A stretch of DNA of 64,000 nucleotides from Spirochaetota bacterium. GTDB taxonomy: Bacteria > Spirochaetota > UBA4802 > JAFGDQ01. Positions 10,505 through 21,576 of this stretch are shown here, piece by piece. The position numbers and the translations under genes are program-made. The stretch lies in NCBI GenBank assembly GCA_016934735.1, contig JAFGSG010000110.1, positions 1,457 through 65,456 of the forward strand. Reading direction: 5' to 3'. The notes below the pieces were generated by a model. It ran no database searches and was not told where the DNA came from. It worked only from the letters and a program-made list of their open reading frames with translations. Position 1 is the first letter of the stretch. Every line of letters starts with the position of its first letter.

Positions 10505-10912
10505 GTGGCAGAAAAGTTTAATTCTTAATAAAAAAATCAGCTAAGATTACGATAAGAATTATCGTTTATAATTATATATTTAAAATTCTATGTTTCTTTA
10601 TATTTACTCGACTTATTATTATGTTTGTTTAAGGGTTGTTATTGTCATTTATGATCGATTATTAGCGATTATTTGTTAATATAGCATTATTTATATAAAA
10701 TATCATTTATGTATATAATTATGATATTATTACCAGAAAAGCCTTATTTTTTTTTATTGCATTTTTAAATAATAATAAATAGTTCTGCTATACATCAGAA
10801 TTATGTTTTTAAATATATTCGGATGGCTAAATGATTTATCTATTGATACTTAGTGCTTTTATTAATATTAATTACGAAATCTGCAGCAAATCTAAAAAGA
10901 AAATAAGGTAAA

Positions 10913-13627
10913 ATGTTTAAAAAATATAATGGATTTGATTCGCGGTTTAAACGTCCAAATAAAAATGAAAAATCACCGGACACAATAAAAACTGAAAGAA
11001 AAGATCCTAAAGATAATAAAACTAAATTATCTTCCAGTCTCAAATTGCCGGATATTCATTCTCGAAAAGAATCTGATAATAAAAAAAAGACTACGATTGC
11101 CGGTTTTAATATTAAAAAGAAATTTTCATTTCCGGTTAATCTGTCCGGTTCTTTTAATCTCTCATTGATTTTTAGTAATGCCGGCAGTTTTGTAAAAAAT
11201 AAAATCCTCATTTATAAATCTATATTGATAGGCATCTCATTTGGCCTGGTTATTACTTTAATAATATTTTGTATAAGCACTATAATTACCAATTATAAAA
11301 AGGTTATTGCCCTTGCCGATTTTCAGCCCAATATAACAACAAATATCTACGACAAAAACGGACTGCTTGTATCGGAATTATTCAGGCACAAAAGAGAAGT
11401 TGTGCCTCTTTCGAAAATGCCGCCTGTACTCATAGATGCGTTTATCGCCCTTGAAGATAACGAATTTTACGATCATTACGGGCTTAATATCAAGGGTATT
11501 GTAAGGGCATTTTTTATTAATGTATTTTCGGGCAGAATCAAACAGGGCGGCAGCACTATAACCATGCAGCTTGCGAAGATCCTGTTAACAACCGCAGATA
11601 AAAGTTATCTCCGGAAAATTAAAGATATTATCATCGCCTTAATGATTGAGGTTGCCTATTCAAAAAATGAAATACTGGAGTTGTATCTTAATCAGATTTT
11701 CCTGGGACATGGAGTATATGGCGTGGAAAGCGCATCTTCATTATATTTCAGTAAACATGTCTGGCAGATTAATCTTGCCGAAGCAGCGCTTTTAGCGAGT
11801 CTTCCCTCGGCGCCTAACAAACTTTCTCCTATAAGACATACTAAACGATCCATAGAAAGGCACAGAATTGCACTTGCAAAAATGGCTGATTGCGGTTTTG
11901 TCAATATACCTGAAGCTGAAAAGGCTTATCTAGGCTTCTGGCCTGATTATCTCGCATATATTAATGATCTTCCGCCTTCCATTACATCATGGTCGAGTAA
12001 AATTGACAAGGCTCCCTGGTTTACGGAATACATACGACGAAAACTTGTTAATCAATTCGGTGCAGAAACAGTTTATAAGGACGGACTCTCTGTATATACA
12101 ACGCTGGATTTAAAGAAACAGCTTGCTGCACAAAAACAAATACAGGAAGGCATGGACAGGCAGGCAGCTGTTTCCGGTAATTTATCATTTAAGAATGAGG
12201 ACTATATCATTGAAAATTTTTCGGAAGTGACAGAGCTTTTTTCTCTATTGTTCAATACGGATCCGTACTATAAAAAAGGGACTCTTGAAGTTAAACAGAT
12301 CAATGACCGTTTGAAATCGGAAATTCTTGATGAGCTTGATATTCTTAATTTTCTGTCCGGTACTGAGTATGTATCCGATTTTATGAGCGATTATAGAGAA
12401 AATCTATCCGGAAATAAAACATCTCAGAAAGTTCAGGGGTGTCTGATTTCGATCGATCACAGAACCGGTTATATTGAGGCAATGGTAGGCGGCTCGGAAT
12501 TTTCAAGCATAAATCAATTAAACAGGGTTATGCAGTCAAAACGACAGGCTGGTTCCGCGATTAAAGGGCTTCTTTATTCTGCAGCAATAGAATCAAAAAT
12601 GTTTACCCCTGCAACGGCAATACTGGATTCTCCTGTAATGTACATCGATAGAGAAGGAGTGGATTGGATACCAGGGAATTATGATGAAAGATATTACGGT
12701 CTGGTCAGGCTGCGTACTGCGCTGGAGAAATCTCTCAATGTTATTTCAATTAAAATCGCTGAAAGATTGGGATTGGACAGGATACTGGAATATTACGCGA
12801 AGCTGTTAAAGCTCGAAAAGACTGAAGCTAAAAAACGTATACCGAGAAATCTTTCAATTGCTTTGGGAAGCATTGACGTTTCTCCATTTGAACTTGCCAG
12901 GGCATATGCGATAATCGCTAACGGGGGAAGGGATGTAATTCCTTTCAGCATTCGATATATAAAGGACAGAAATGGGGAAATAATCGATAATCCCGAATCT
13001 GACATCCGGGCGGACTTAAAAAATAAATCGGAAAACGGATCCTTGCAGATCATAAAAGCGGACACAGCCCAGATAATGATAAGTTTGTTAAGGTCTGTTA
13101 TGACATCAGGTACGGGATTATCTGCCGCTATGGGAAGGCCTGCGGGCGGGAAAACAGGTACATCAAGCTATCATAGGGATGCATGGTTTGTGGGCTTCAC
13201 GCCGCAGCTGACAACATGTATCTGGGCTGGTTATGATAACTCCAGCATTTCTTTGGGAGAAGGACAGACAGGCGGTGGTATAGTTGCTCCGATATGGCGC
13301 GAATATATGAAACAGGCATTGGAAAATGAGCCGTATCTGGAATTTCCGCATTATGCTTCTTTGGTTAGCCAGACTGTTTGTGCGATCTCCGGGCTCTTGC
13401 CTTCTCCTTATTGTAAAAAGACAGTGGATGAATTATTCGCAGAGGATACATTACCGGAATCCGAGTGTAATTTCTGCGAGGATTTAAAGTATAATATTGA
13501 TCCGCTAAAACCCACGCCAAAGGAAAACATTGCAGGAAGTCAGAGGGAATCGATACTTGAGAACATCATGGAAAATAAAGACAGTTCGTCTATATTAGAC
13601 AGGATTGGCAAAGATCTACTGGAGTAA
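10913..13627 (+). CDS. mrcA: Class A penicillin-binding protein (PBP1A family, transglycosylase-transpeptidase)
   Basis: EDNEFYDHYG, QGGSTITMQLAK, ELYLNQIFLG, SAIK (SxxK), SLN (SxN), KTGTS; basic N-terminal tail + TM. Confidence 0.92.
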   Translation: MFKKYNGFDSRFKRPNKNEKSPDTIKTERKDPKDNKTKLSSSLKLPDIHSRKESDNKKKTTIAGFNIKKKFSFPVNLSGSFNLSLIFSNAGSFVKNKILIYKSILIGISFGLVITLIIFCISTIITNYKKVIALADFQPNITTNIYDKNGLLVSELFRHKREVVPLSKMPPVLIDAFIALEDNEFYDHYGLNIKGIVRAFFINVFSGRIKQGGSTITMQLAKILLTTADKSYLRKIKDIIIALMIEVAYSKNEILELYLNQIFLGHGVYGVESASSLYFSKHVWQINLAEAALLASLPSAPNKLSPIRHTKRSIERHRIALAKMADCGFVNIPEAEKAYLGFWPDYLAYINDLPPSITSWSSKIDKAPWFTEYIRRKLVNQFGAETVYKDGLSVYTTLDLKKQLAAQKQIQEGMDRQAAVSGNLSFKNEDYIIENFSEVTELFSLLFNTDPYYKKGTLEVKQINDRLKSEILDELDILNFLSGTEYVSDFMSDYRENLSGNKTSQKVQGCLISIDHRTGYIEAMVGGSEFSSINQLNRVMQSKRQAGSAIKGLLYSAAIESKMFTPATAILDSPVMYIDREGVDWIPGNYDERYYGLVRLRTALEKSLNVISIKIAERLGLDRILEYYAKLLKLEKTEAKKRIPRNLSIALGSIDVSPFELARAYAIIANGGRDVIPFSIRYIKDRNGEIIDNPESDIRADLKNKSENGSLQIIKADTAQIMISLLRSVMTSGTGLSAAMGRPAGGKTGTSSYHRDAWFVGFTPQLTTCIWAGYDNSSISLGEGQTGGGIVAPIWREYMKQALENEPYLEFPHYASLVSQTVCAISGLLPSPYCKKTVDELFAEDTLPESECNFCEDLKYNIDPLKPTPKENIAGSQRESILENIMENKDSSSILDRIGKDLLE

Positions 13628-14374
13628 TGATCCCCAATCAATAACGCGTCCGTCAAAAGCAGGCCCGTCCACGCATGCTCTTTTTATTCCGGCGTTTGTT
13701 TCTACGGCACATCCGGAACATAAGCCGATGCCGCATCCGAAATAATTTTCGAGCGAGACTTCAATACGCGTATCAGGATTTTGGAATATTCTGACAATAC
13801 CGGCCATCATTATTGCAGGCCCGCAGGTATACACTATATCATATCCGGAACCGCCTGCTAATTCGCCGGAAATATCGCATGCGGTGCCTTTACGGCCGCC
13901 TGAGCCGTCGTCGGTTGCCAGATAAAATGTATTTGAAATCAACCTGTATTTATCCTCAAAAAAAATATAATCTTTTGATCTTGCTGCATAAAGGTAATTG
14001 ACGATATTATTTTTTGCCTTTAATTGTTTTGCAAGATAATAAAGCGGAGCATTGCCGACTCCTCCGCCGATCAACAGAGTGTTTTTATTTTCAGTTATGG
14101 AAAAACCCTGCCCCAGCGGTGCGATAACATCCAGATAACCGGCTTTGCAGATATTTTTTAAAATTTCCGTCCCTTTGCCCACAACCTTAAAAATAATCTC
14201 AATAATATTTTCTTTATGATCAAATATGGAAAACGGCCGCCTGAGAAGGGGATCATTTTTTCCGATTTTAATATTGGCAAATTGGCCGGGGTGTGATAAA
14301 CTTATCCCAATATCAATCTTTAACAGATAATGGTCCTTGCAGACTTCGAGAGGTTTATCGATGAGAGTTGCCAT
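13616..14374 (-). CDS. pyrK: Dihydroorotate dehydrogenase electron transfer subunit
   Basis: PLLRRPFSI, GGGVGNAP, CGPAIMM, CGIGLCSGC...C 2Fe-2S motif. The stop region overlaps the PBP1A 3' end by 12 bp. Confidence 0.88.
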   Translation of the reverse strand: MATLIDKPLEVCKDHYLLKIDIGISLSHPGQFANIKIGKNDPLLRRPFSIFDHKENIIEIIFKVVGKGTEILKNICKAGYLDVIAPLGQGFSITENKNTLLIGGGVGNAPLYYLAKQLKAKNNIVNYLYAARSKDYIFFEDKYRLISNTFYLATDDGSGGRKGTACDISGELAGGSGYDIVYTCGPAIMMAGIVRIFQNPDTRIEVSLENYFGCGIGLCSGCAVETNAGIKRACVDGPAFDGRVIDWGSLLQ

Positions 14375-14382
14375 AACAGCCT

Positions 14383-14955
14383 TTATTGTTCAGGACTAAA
14401 GTTAATTGACTGGATCTCGGTGTAAACAGGCCCTTCTTTTGTTAGAGTGGAAGAATACAGTGCTAATTTGTTGAACTTAGATTCGAAAAAAAATAATTCT
14501 TTATTCTCAACCAGATATTGTCTGATTTGTTCATTGAGTTTGCTGCCTTTACGGATTCTTGCAAGGGTGAGATGAGGCACAAATTTATTTTTTTCTTTTT
14601 TAAAGCCCAGATCCGAAGTAAAATTTTCAACAGATTGGCTTAATTTATTAATTGCAGTTTCATCGGTTTTAATGCCTGCCCATATTACGTTCGGATTTTT
14701 CAGATCCGGGAATACACCCAGTCCGAATAGAGTAAAAGAAATAATTTTCTTAATGTCTATTAAATTATCATTAAAATTGTCTTTTATTTTATTTGCTGTT
14801 TTTTCACTGCATTCACCCAGGAATTTGAGTGTAATGTGATAATTTTCCGGGGGAACGACTTTAAGTTCTTTATATTTGTTGAAGTAATTATAAATTTCAT
14901 TGGTTTTATCATTAATTATATTATTCACTGGAAGCGCGATAAAAAGCCTTGGCAT
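14383..14955 (-). CDS. thpR: RNA 2',3'-cyclic phosphodiesterase (2H family)
   Basis: RLFIAL, two HxT motifs (YHITLKFLG, PHLTLAR), GPVY. Confidence 0.92.
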   Translation of the reverse strand: MPRLFIALPVNNIINDKTNEIYNYFNKYKELKVVPPENYHITLKFLGECSEKTANKIKDNFNDNLIDIKKIISFTLFGLGVFPDLKNPNVIWAGIKTDETAINKLSQSVENFTSDLGFKKEKNKFVPHLTLARIRKGSKLNEQIRQYLVENKELFFFESKFNKLALYSSTLTKEGPVYTEIQSINFSPEQ

Positions 14956-14976
14956 ACATGGTCTCCAATTTTTAAA

Positions 14977-15678
14977 TTAAAAACTGATATCATCTTTTAC
15001 CGGTTTAATATAGTATTTGCCCGACTGCCTATATTCAAACCTTATCAGTTTGAAATCAATTATTTTTTTTATTATGTCGGATTTAATGACGATCGAAAGA
15101 TTGAATTTTCTTATTTGGACCGGTATCCAGTTAAACGCTATTATCTGAAATACCTTATCTCCGGATAAAATTGAGCCTTTGTATTTTACGAAATCGCCGG
15201 AAAAATCCATATCGTTATCGCACAATTCCCCGGTATCACTTTTGTATAAGGATAAAATGTCTCCGAATTTTAATCCGGCATAGGGCAGGGAGTTATATTT
15301 ATTCCTTAAATCATCTGCGTTCATTGGATTTATACTGATATTATTGTAATGTAATTTGATCTCTCCGATATTAAGCGGTATATTGCCTGTATTTTCTAAA
15401 GCAATTATAAAATAAATTAATTTAGGCATACGGCTGAATTTAGGGCTAATTTTTTTATCAATAAACCTGTCATTATTTAATATCGTTTGCAGCTGTTCTT
15501 CCTTTATTTCTTTTGACGCTAACATAATATTATTACTGATAATTAATGCACAATTATTATCAATAATTTGCGCCTGTAATGTTTCTACCGGAACAATATC
15601 TGTTGCTATTTTATTTACAGAGGAACATTTAAAGAGAGACAGAAACAGTAATATAATAATACCGGACTTGAGTTTCAT
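14977..15678 (-). CDS. Hypothetical lipoprotein
   Basis: 233 aa; hydrophobic N-terminus ending LFKC. Confidence 0.6.
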   Translation of the reverse strand: MKLKSGIIILLFLSLFKCSSVNKIATDIVPVETLQAQIIDNNCALIISNNIMLASKEIKEEQLQTILNNDRFIDKKISPKFSRMPKLIYFIIALENTGNIPLNIGEIKLHYNNISINPMNADDLRNKYNSLPYAGLKFGDILSLYKSDTGELCDNDMDFSGDFVKYKGSILSGDKVFQIIAFNWIPVQIRKFNLSIVIKSDIIKKIIDFKLIRFEYRQSGKYYIKPVKDDISF

Positions 15679-15909
15679 TGTTTATTATTATTTAAATTGT
15701 TATCAAAGCGAGCCTAAAGACACCTGACTTGTTGCCAACAATGATAATAAAATCGATTAAACTGCAAGTTATATTTAATTAAAAATTTCCATTAAAATAA
15801 ACTTGAGAAATATAAATTATTATTATAATATTTATAACGTAGGGAATCAATATTTCCGATAATTATTACAGCATGCTGTTTTAAAATGAAATTGCGATAA
15901 TAGAGACTT

Positions 15910-16878
15910 ATGAAAACAATACGATTAATATCGGTATTTATAATATTATTTAATTTTATACCCGTATGTGCTTTTGCAGTAAATAATATAAAGAACAGCC
16001 CTGCATTTGAAATTTTTATTAAGATGGAAAAACATACGTTTAATATTAATGAATCTCTTGTTTTGAACGTCAATATTAAGAATAAATCCGCAACCAGGAA
16101 GACATTTAAAATTTATGATGCAGTTTATACAAGCTTCAGGCCGGTTGTTTATGATATGAGCGGCCGGGAAGCTGAAACATTAGTTGCTTATCGCTTGAAA
16201 AATAAATCTATATCGGAAACAATTAAGAATAGCGGTTCAAGAGTCATTAACCTGGCGCAAAATGAAGCCTTTTCGCATTCTATTGATATTAAAAATATTT
16301 ATAGAATAGAACCGGAAAGGGAATACAGGGTTAAGGTTTTATTTTCTCCTGATGCAGAAGATCAAAATATACACGTAAGTACTAATCAATTGACATTCAT
16401 CATGTTGCAATCCGGTGACACTGGTAAAAGCGGGATATCGAGAATATCAAGTTTCACTTCACCTGCGAGAGAATTAACTCCTTTGGAGATTGTATTATTG
16501 TTTTTAAAAGCAGAAAAAGACAGAAATTGGGATAATTATTTTAAATATATGGATATTGAAAAATATATTAAAGCTTACCCCGATTATGTTAAAATATATG
16601 ACCAGGCAGTCACGGCAGATAATATTGAAAAAAAAGAGAATATAGTTATTGAATTTGTAAATTTTTTAAAAAAAGAACGCAGTGATTATATTATTTCTTA
16701 TTTAGTTCAAAATGAATTAAAGAGCTCTGAAAATAACAGTTATGTAGAAGTATTGGTAAAAAGATTTGCAGTGCGTAGTCCTGTGTATTATAATTACAGG
16801 TACTTATTGGAAAAATATGATAATTTATGGCTTATTACCGATGTTCAAGTCACAGTAGCTAAGGGGCAAAGATTATGA
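15910..16878 (+). CDS. Hypothetical exported protein, coupled to fliM
   Basis: Signal-peptide-like start (AFA). The stop overlaps the fliM ATG (ATGA). Confidence 0.7.
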   Translation: MKTIRLISVFIILFNFIPVCAFAVNNIKNSPAFEIFIKMEKHTFNINESLVLNVNIKNKSATRKTFKIYDAVYTSFRPVVYDMSGREAETLVAYRLKNKSISETIKNSGSRVINLAQNEAFSHSIDIKNIYRIEPEREYRVKVLFSPDAEDQNIHVSTNQLTFIMLQSGDTGKSGISRISSFTSPARELTPLEIVLLFLKAEKDRNWDNYFKYMDIEKYIKAYPDYVKIYDQAVTADNIEKKENIVIEFVNFLKKERSDYIISYLVQNELKSSENNSYVEVLVKRFAVRSPVYYNYRYLLEKYDNLWLITDVQVTVAKGQRL

Positions 16879-17900
16879 CAGAAATTCTATCTCAGGATGA
16901 AATAGATGCGCTGTTAACCGCGATTTCGACTGGTGAGGTCGACACTACTGAGTATTCAGCGACTCAGGAGCAGCGTAAAGTAAAGATATATGATTTCAGG
17001 CGACCTGATAAATTTTCAAAAGATCAGATCAGGACGCTTCAAATGATGCATGAAACATTTGCCCGTTTAACAACAACAGCGCTGTCCGCACAGCTGAGAG
17101 CGCTTGTAAGCGTACACGTCGCATCTGTCGACCAGCTGACTTACGAAGAATTTGTTCGATCAATCCCGAATCCCACTACGCTTGCCGTTATTAATATGGA
17201 TCCCCTTAAAGGTTCCGGCGTTCTTGAAATTGATCCTTCGATCACTTTTACTATCATAGATAAACTGTTCGGCGGCATTGGAGAATCATCGCGAATAACA
17301 CGTGAACTTACTGATATTGAACTTTCCGTAATGGAAGGCATAATAGTCAGAATACTCGGCAACCTAAGGGAAGCCTGGTCAAACGTAATTGACCTGAGGC
17401 CCAGACTTGGCAATATAGAAACAAATCCGCAGTTTGCCCAGATAGTACCTCCCAATGACATGGTTGTTCTTATAACACTTGAAACAAAGGTTGGTGAAGT
17501 TGAAGGTATGACTAACCTGTGTATACCTTACATAACAATTGAGCCAATTATATCAAAGCTATCGGCGCAATACTGGTATTCAAGCATCAGAAAGGGGACA
17601 ACAGACGAAAACCTGGCAATAATTCAGGGAAGACTTGAAAACGTTGAACTCCAGGTGGTTGCTGAAATCGGTGAAGTCTCAATAACAATGGCGGAAGTAC
17701 TTGATCTTAAGGTAGGCGATGTTATTAAGCTTCCTGATACTAAAGTCAATTCTGATATGGTTCTTCGCGTGGGCGGCAGAAAGAAATATAAGTGCAGGCC
17801 GGGAGTCATTGGAAGCAGGGTAGCTGTTCAAATCGGTGAAAATATTATAGACATTCCTGATGAGCTATTAATTACACGAAGAAGTGAAGACGAAATATAG
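16875..17900 (+). CDS. fliM: Flagellar motor switch protein FliM
   Basis: ILSQDEIDALL, YDFRRPDKFSKDQ, C-terminal SpoA domain. Confidence 0.97.
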   Translation: MTEILSQDEIDALLTAISTGEVDTTEYSATQEQRKVKIYDFRRPDKFSKDQIRTLQMMHETFARLTTTALSAQLRALVSVHVASVDQLTYEEFVRSIPNPTTLAVINMDPLKGSGVLEIDPSITFTIIDKLFGGIGESSRITRELTDIELSVMEGIIVRILGNLREAWSNVIDLRPRLGNIETNPQFAQIVPPNDMVVLITLETKVGEVEGMTNLCIPYITIEPIISKLSAQYWYSSIRKGTTDENLAIIQGRLENVELQVVAEIGEVSITMAEVLDLKVGDVIKLPDTKVNSDMVLRVGGRKKYKCRPGVIGSRVAVQIGENIIDIPDELLITRRSEDEI

Positions 17901-17999
17901 CTATTTATTGAGCCATTTGCAGCGGTTTTAATATAAGTCGATTCAAGATTAAGTGATACAAACGAAAAATTAAAATATATTATAAATACTGGATATGAG

Positions 18000-19034
18000 T
18001 TATTGAGGAATTTTATTTAAATAGGGGACTGGATCAACATATTCTGTGCCTATCTTTATTTGATAATAGCATAAATGTTTTGAAGTTTTTCCTGTTCTGC
18101 CTACATATCCGATTATCTCGCCTTTGGCCACTTCCTGATCCACCTCAACTAATATTTTTTGACAGTTGGAATAAACAGTAGTAAATCCGTATTTATGTTT
18201 TATCGCTGCTGTAAGTCCGAGTTTTGAATTCCATTGTATATTTTCTACTTTTCCGGGAGCAGTTGCCCTGATTTCAGCTCCAGGAAAAGCTGAAATTTCA
18301 ATACCGGAATGAAATTCATTTATATTTTTATAAGAAGAACTGTTATAACCGAATTTTGAAATGATATATCCTTCTACCGGCCATAAGGAGGGCGTATTTT
18401 CTATTATTTTTTTTCGTGCATTTAAAAATTTTTTTATTTTAAGAAGTACATCACGGGAAGTTTTAAGTTCATGTTCAATTTCTTTAATGTTTAATTCTTC
18501 TATTGAGGGCGACAAATGATCGGGAACGGAATTATCAGAATTCGGGTTTGGTACCCCGCCTTTTGCCCATAAAGAATCAACATCTTTCTCGTTTGTGAGA
18601 GAGTATAAATATGTGAGTTCAGGTTTAAACTTTTGAAATATATCATATAGCTTGTTTATTTCATCTTTATATTTGGATATTTGAATTTTTGAATTAGAGC
18701 CATACATTTTTAATTTTGAAACGTCTTTAATTGTTGATGCATGGTTTACAACAGAAATAGAAGTGATAGTAATTATAATTAAAATCGCTGAAATAATAAG
18801 GGTTATTGCATATATGGGAACATGAAAATTTATTATTCTTTTTTCCGAATGAGGAATCAGCATTATTGTTAAACGCTCTTTTGCTTTTTTGAGAAAAACA
18901 CTCCATTCGGATTGAATAAATTCCCGGATAAAACCGAAATTATCAGAAAAAATTTTTTTTATAAATTTTAACAGAATTTCCAGGTCAGCGTCTTTAAACG
19001 GGTTTAAACTGTTTTTTATATTTGGTATAGGCAT
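18000..19034 (-). CDS. M23-family peptidase with N-terminal TM/coiled coil
   Basis: PSLWPVEG, HSGIEI, IRATAPGKV, FTTVY, GYVGRTG, YVDP. The second metal-ligand HxH looks altered (HLC). Confidence 0.8.
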   Translation of the reverse strand: MPIPNIKNSLNPFKDADLEILLKFIKKIFSDNFGFIREFIQSEWSVFLKKAKERLTIMLIPHSEKRIINFHVPIYAITLIISAILIIITITSISVVNHASTIKDVSKLKMYGSNSKIQISKYKDEINKLYDIFQKFKPELTYLYSLTNEKDVDSLWAKGGVPNPNSDNSVPDHLSPSIEELNIKEIEHELKTSRDVLLKIKKFLNARKKIIENTPSLWPVEGYIISKFGYNSSSYKNINEFHSGIEISAFPGAEIRATAPGKVENIQWNSKLGLTAAIKHKYGFTTVYSNCQKILVEVDQEVAKGEIIGYVGRTGKTSKHLCYYQIKIGTEYVDPVPYLNKIPQ

Positions 19035-19309
19035 AAAATAAATATTATATTTAAGAAGCTTCTATGAATTTATAATAAAAAACATATTTATAATTGAATA
19101 TAAAGTTATTACTTTTAAGTAGTTTAATATTTCTAATAATATTAAATTATTCTGTCAGTTTTATAATTAAACTTTTTGTTTGTCAAGCTTTATATTATTA
19201 TCGGGAATTAATAGAAGGAGAGTAAATTAAAATTCAGCTAAATTCTACTAGAAATATAGTTTTTATCACCATAACCAAGCAAGAATTATGCAAAAAATTA
19301 AAAAAGTTC

Positions 19310-19336
19310 TAATTTGAAAATTTATTATGCCGAAAT
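19310..19336 (+). promoter_or_regulatory. Candidate sigma28 (FliA) promoter for the second flaB
   Basis: TAAT-N15-GCCGAAAT vs consensus TAAA-N15-GCCGATAA. An alternative TAAA-N16-TCCGAGAA lies at 19447-19474. Confidence 0.5.
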
Positions 19337-19658
19337 GAATAATAAGTAAAGATATGTAAAAATCAGATATATGATAATAATAAGTATATTTTAATCATAT
19401 TTTCAATTAAATTCTTATAAATGCCTTTAAACGTCTATAACTGACATAAATTTCGGGTATATGCTTTCCGAGAATGAAAGCAGAGTATACAATAATAAAA
19501 ATCAGACACTATCAATAATCGATTTAGTTAATAAAGTAAAAGGTAGTGTGAGATCTTTGAAAACTGAAGAATTTTACTGCAAGCATTTTAAAATGCGGAG
19601 GGTTTAATGGTTGCAGTAAACTAAAGGTATTCCCTGTACTTTTGCAGCCAATATTTTC

Positions 19659-19696
19659 AACCTGATATGGAGATCAGGTTATATTAAACAAAGGAG
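19659..19696 (+). promoter_or_regulatory. Putative CsrA-binding hairpin in the flaB leader
   Basis: Perfect stem AACCTGAT/ATCAGGTT with loop ATGGAG, then AAAGGAG SD. Confidence 0.65.
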
Positions 19697-19704
19697 TGTT
19701 TAAG

Positions 19705-20556
19705 ATGATTATCAATAATAATATGAGTGCTATCAATGCAAACAGGGTACTCAAGTTTAAACATTGGGATGTTAACAGCTCAATGGAAAAACTCGCATCC
19801 GGAATGCGTATAAACAGAGCTGGTGATGATGCCTCAGGACTGGCTGTTTCTGAAAAAATGAGAACTCAGATTCAGGGCTTAAGACAAGCCGAAAGAAATA
19901 CCGAAGACGGTATGTCTTTTATCCAGACAACTGAAGGATATCTGCATCAGACATCCGGAATTCTACAGAGGATAAGAGTCCTTGGCGTTCAATCATCGAA
20001 CGGTATCTACTCTCAGGAAGACAGACAGCTTATTCAAGTGGAAGTTTCTGCTCTTGTTGATGAAGTGGACAGGATCGCATCACAGGCTGAGTTTAACAGA
20101 TTTAAACTTCTGCTTGGCGAATACTCAAGGATAAATCCGAAGGCAAGTATGTGGTTCCATATGGGTCCGAATATGCATCAGAGAGAGAGAGTATATATTG
20201 GAACAATGACTGCCGAAGGATTAAATCTTGTAGACAGAACACACAGACTGATTGCAAACGTAAGTACAGCGGATAACTCAAACAGGACCATTGGTTTGGT
20301 TGATGATGCCCTTCAGAAAATAGCTAAACAGAGAGCTGACCTTGGCGCATATTATAACAGACTTGATTTTGCTGCCAAAGGTTTGATGAATGCTTATGAA
20401 AACACACAGGCGTCAGAGAGCAGAATAAGAGATGCTGATATGGCTGAAACGATGGTATCCTTTACCAAGGATCAGATCCTTGTACAAAGTGGTACTGCTA
20501 TGTTGGCTCAGGCAAACATGAAAACGAGAACAGTTCTACAGCTTCTGGGAGGGTAA
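19705..20556 (+). CDS. flaB: Periplasmic flagellar core protein FlaB (second paralog)
   Basis: [42 protein letters not shown] 19705 is preferred over GTG 19696 because of RBS spacing and the MIIN start. Confidence 0.97.
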   Translation: MIINNNMSAINANRVLKFKHWDVNSSMEKLASGMRINRAGDDASGLAVSEKMRTQIQGLRQAERNTEDGMSFIQTTEGYLHQTSGILQRIRVLGVQSSNGIYSQEDRQLIQVEVSALVDEVDRIASQAEFNRFKLLLGEYSRINPKASMWFHMGPNMHQRERVYIGTMTAEGLNLVDRTHRLIANVSTADNSNRTIGLVDDALQKIAKQRADLGAYYNRLDFAAKGLMNAYENTQASESRIRDADMAETMVSFTKDQILVQSGTAMLAQANMKTRTVLQLLGG

Positions 20557-20603
20557 AATATAAATTACTAGAAGATTATAATTCAAGAGGGAATACCGGC
20601 AAT

Positions 20604-20642
20604 AAAAAAATAACCCGCTTTTTAAGCGGGTTATTTTTTTTT
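20604..20642. terminator. Bidirectional terminator
   Basis: AAAAAAATAACCCGCTT-TTT-AAGCGGGTTATTTTTTT. Confidence 0.88.
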
Positions 20643-20663
20643 AAAAGGTATCAGCGGGAATTA

Positions 20664-20960
20664 TTAAGCGAAAGCTTCAAAAATTGAGCCTGGAATAGAT
20701 TTATCGGAAAAATTAATAAGATTACCACTAGAGCTGTATCCGGCAGTTGTGAGTGAATTAACGTTGTTAATGTTGCCGGTTAAACCTGATGATGAACGTT
20801 TGATATAATTAAATGCGGACTCAGCCCTTTCATGAACTGCCGGAACCTTTACAACTTTTCCGGCATTATATTCCGGCCATAAATATGCTTTTTTAAGCAA
20901 TATCTTGCCAGGGAGCTGGGTCTGATAAATTACCTGTGATATACTTGATGATATATTCAT
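20664..20960 (-). CDS. Small hypothetical protein
   Basis: 98-aa ORF ending at the terminator; C-terminal GSIFEAFA. Confidence 0.55.
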   Translation of the reverse strand: MNISSSISQVIYQTQLPGKILLKKAYLWPEYNAGKVVKVPAVHERAESAFNYIKRSSSGLTGNINNVNSLTTAGYSSSGNLINFSDKSIPGSIFEAFA

Positions 20961-21111
20961 AGCGTTAAATTTGTCGGTGTAATCATGAGAAAACTTAAAT
21001 ACTTTTTTGGGTTTTTTTTACTTGAAATATAGTTTTTTCTAATGTTTTAAGTATTTTAATTTGTAATATAATAGTCTTGTTGCGAAACTAAGATTTTTTA
21101 AGAATAATTTT

Positions 21112-21540
21112 ATGGGACAAACATACAGAAACCCGGTACCGACAGTAGATATTATAATTGAAATTACGGATCACAATAATTATAATTTATCGGGAACAAA
21201 AATTGTTATAATCCGCAGGAAGAATCCTCCGTATGGATGGGCTTTACCCGGAGGTTTTGTGGATTATGGCGAATCCCTTGAGAATGCAGCCATAAGAGAG
21301 GCGAAAGAAGAAACTTCACTCAATGTTGAACTGATAAAACAATTCCATACTTATTCTGAGCCGGGGAGAGACCCTAGACAGCATACTATCTCGACAGTGT
21401 ATATTGCAAAGGCTTTCGGTATTCCTGTCGGTATGGATGATGCCGTGGAAGCAAAATTGATTGATAGAAATTCTATTCCGGATGATATGGCCTTTGATCA
21501 CGGAATAATTATAAAAGATTATTTTAACAATAAATATTAG
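21112..21540 (+). CDS. Nudix hydrolase (ADP-ribose pyrophosphatase-like)
   Basis: Full Nudix box [24 protein letters not shown]; [15 protein letters not shown]. Confidence 0.92.
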   Translation: MGQTYRNPVPTVDIIIEITDHNNYNLSGTKIVIIRRKNPPYGWALPGGFVDYGESLENAAIREAKEETSLNVELIKQFHTYSEPGRDPRQHTISTVYIAKAFGIPVGMDDAVEAKLIDRNSIPDDMAFDHGIIIKDYFNNKY

Positions 21541-21576
21541 TATAGCGTCCCATTTAATAATATGGGTTGATAAAAT

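Noticed and set aside
10559-10582. Sigma28 promoter for the first flaB
   Set aside because: The best match, TAAA...AACGATAA on the minus strand, has a 12-nt spacer instead of 15.
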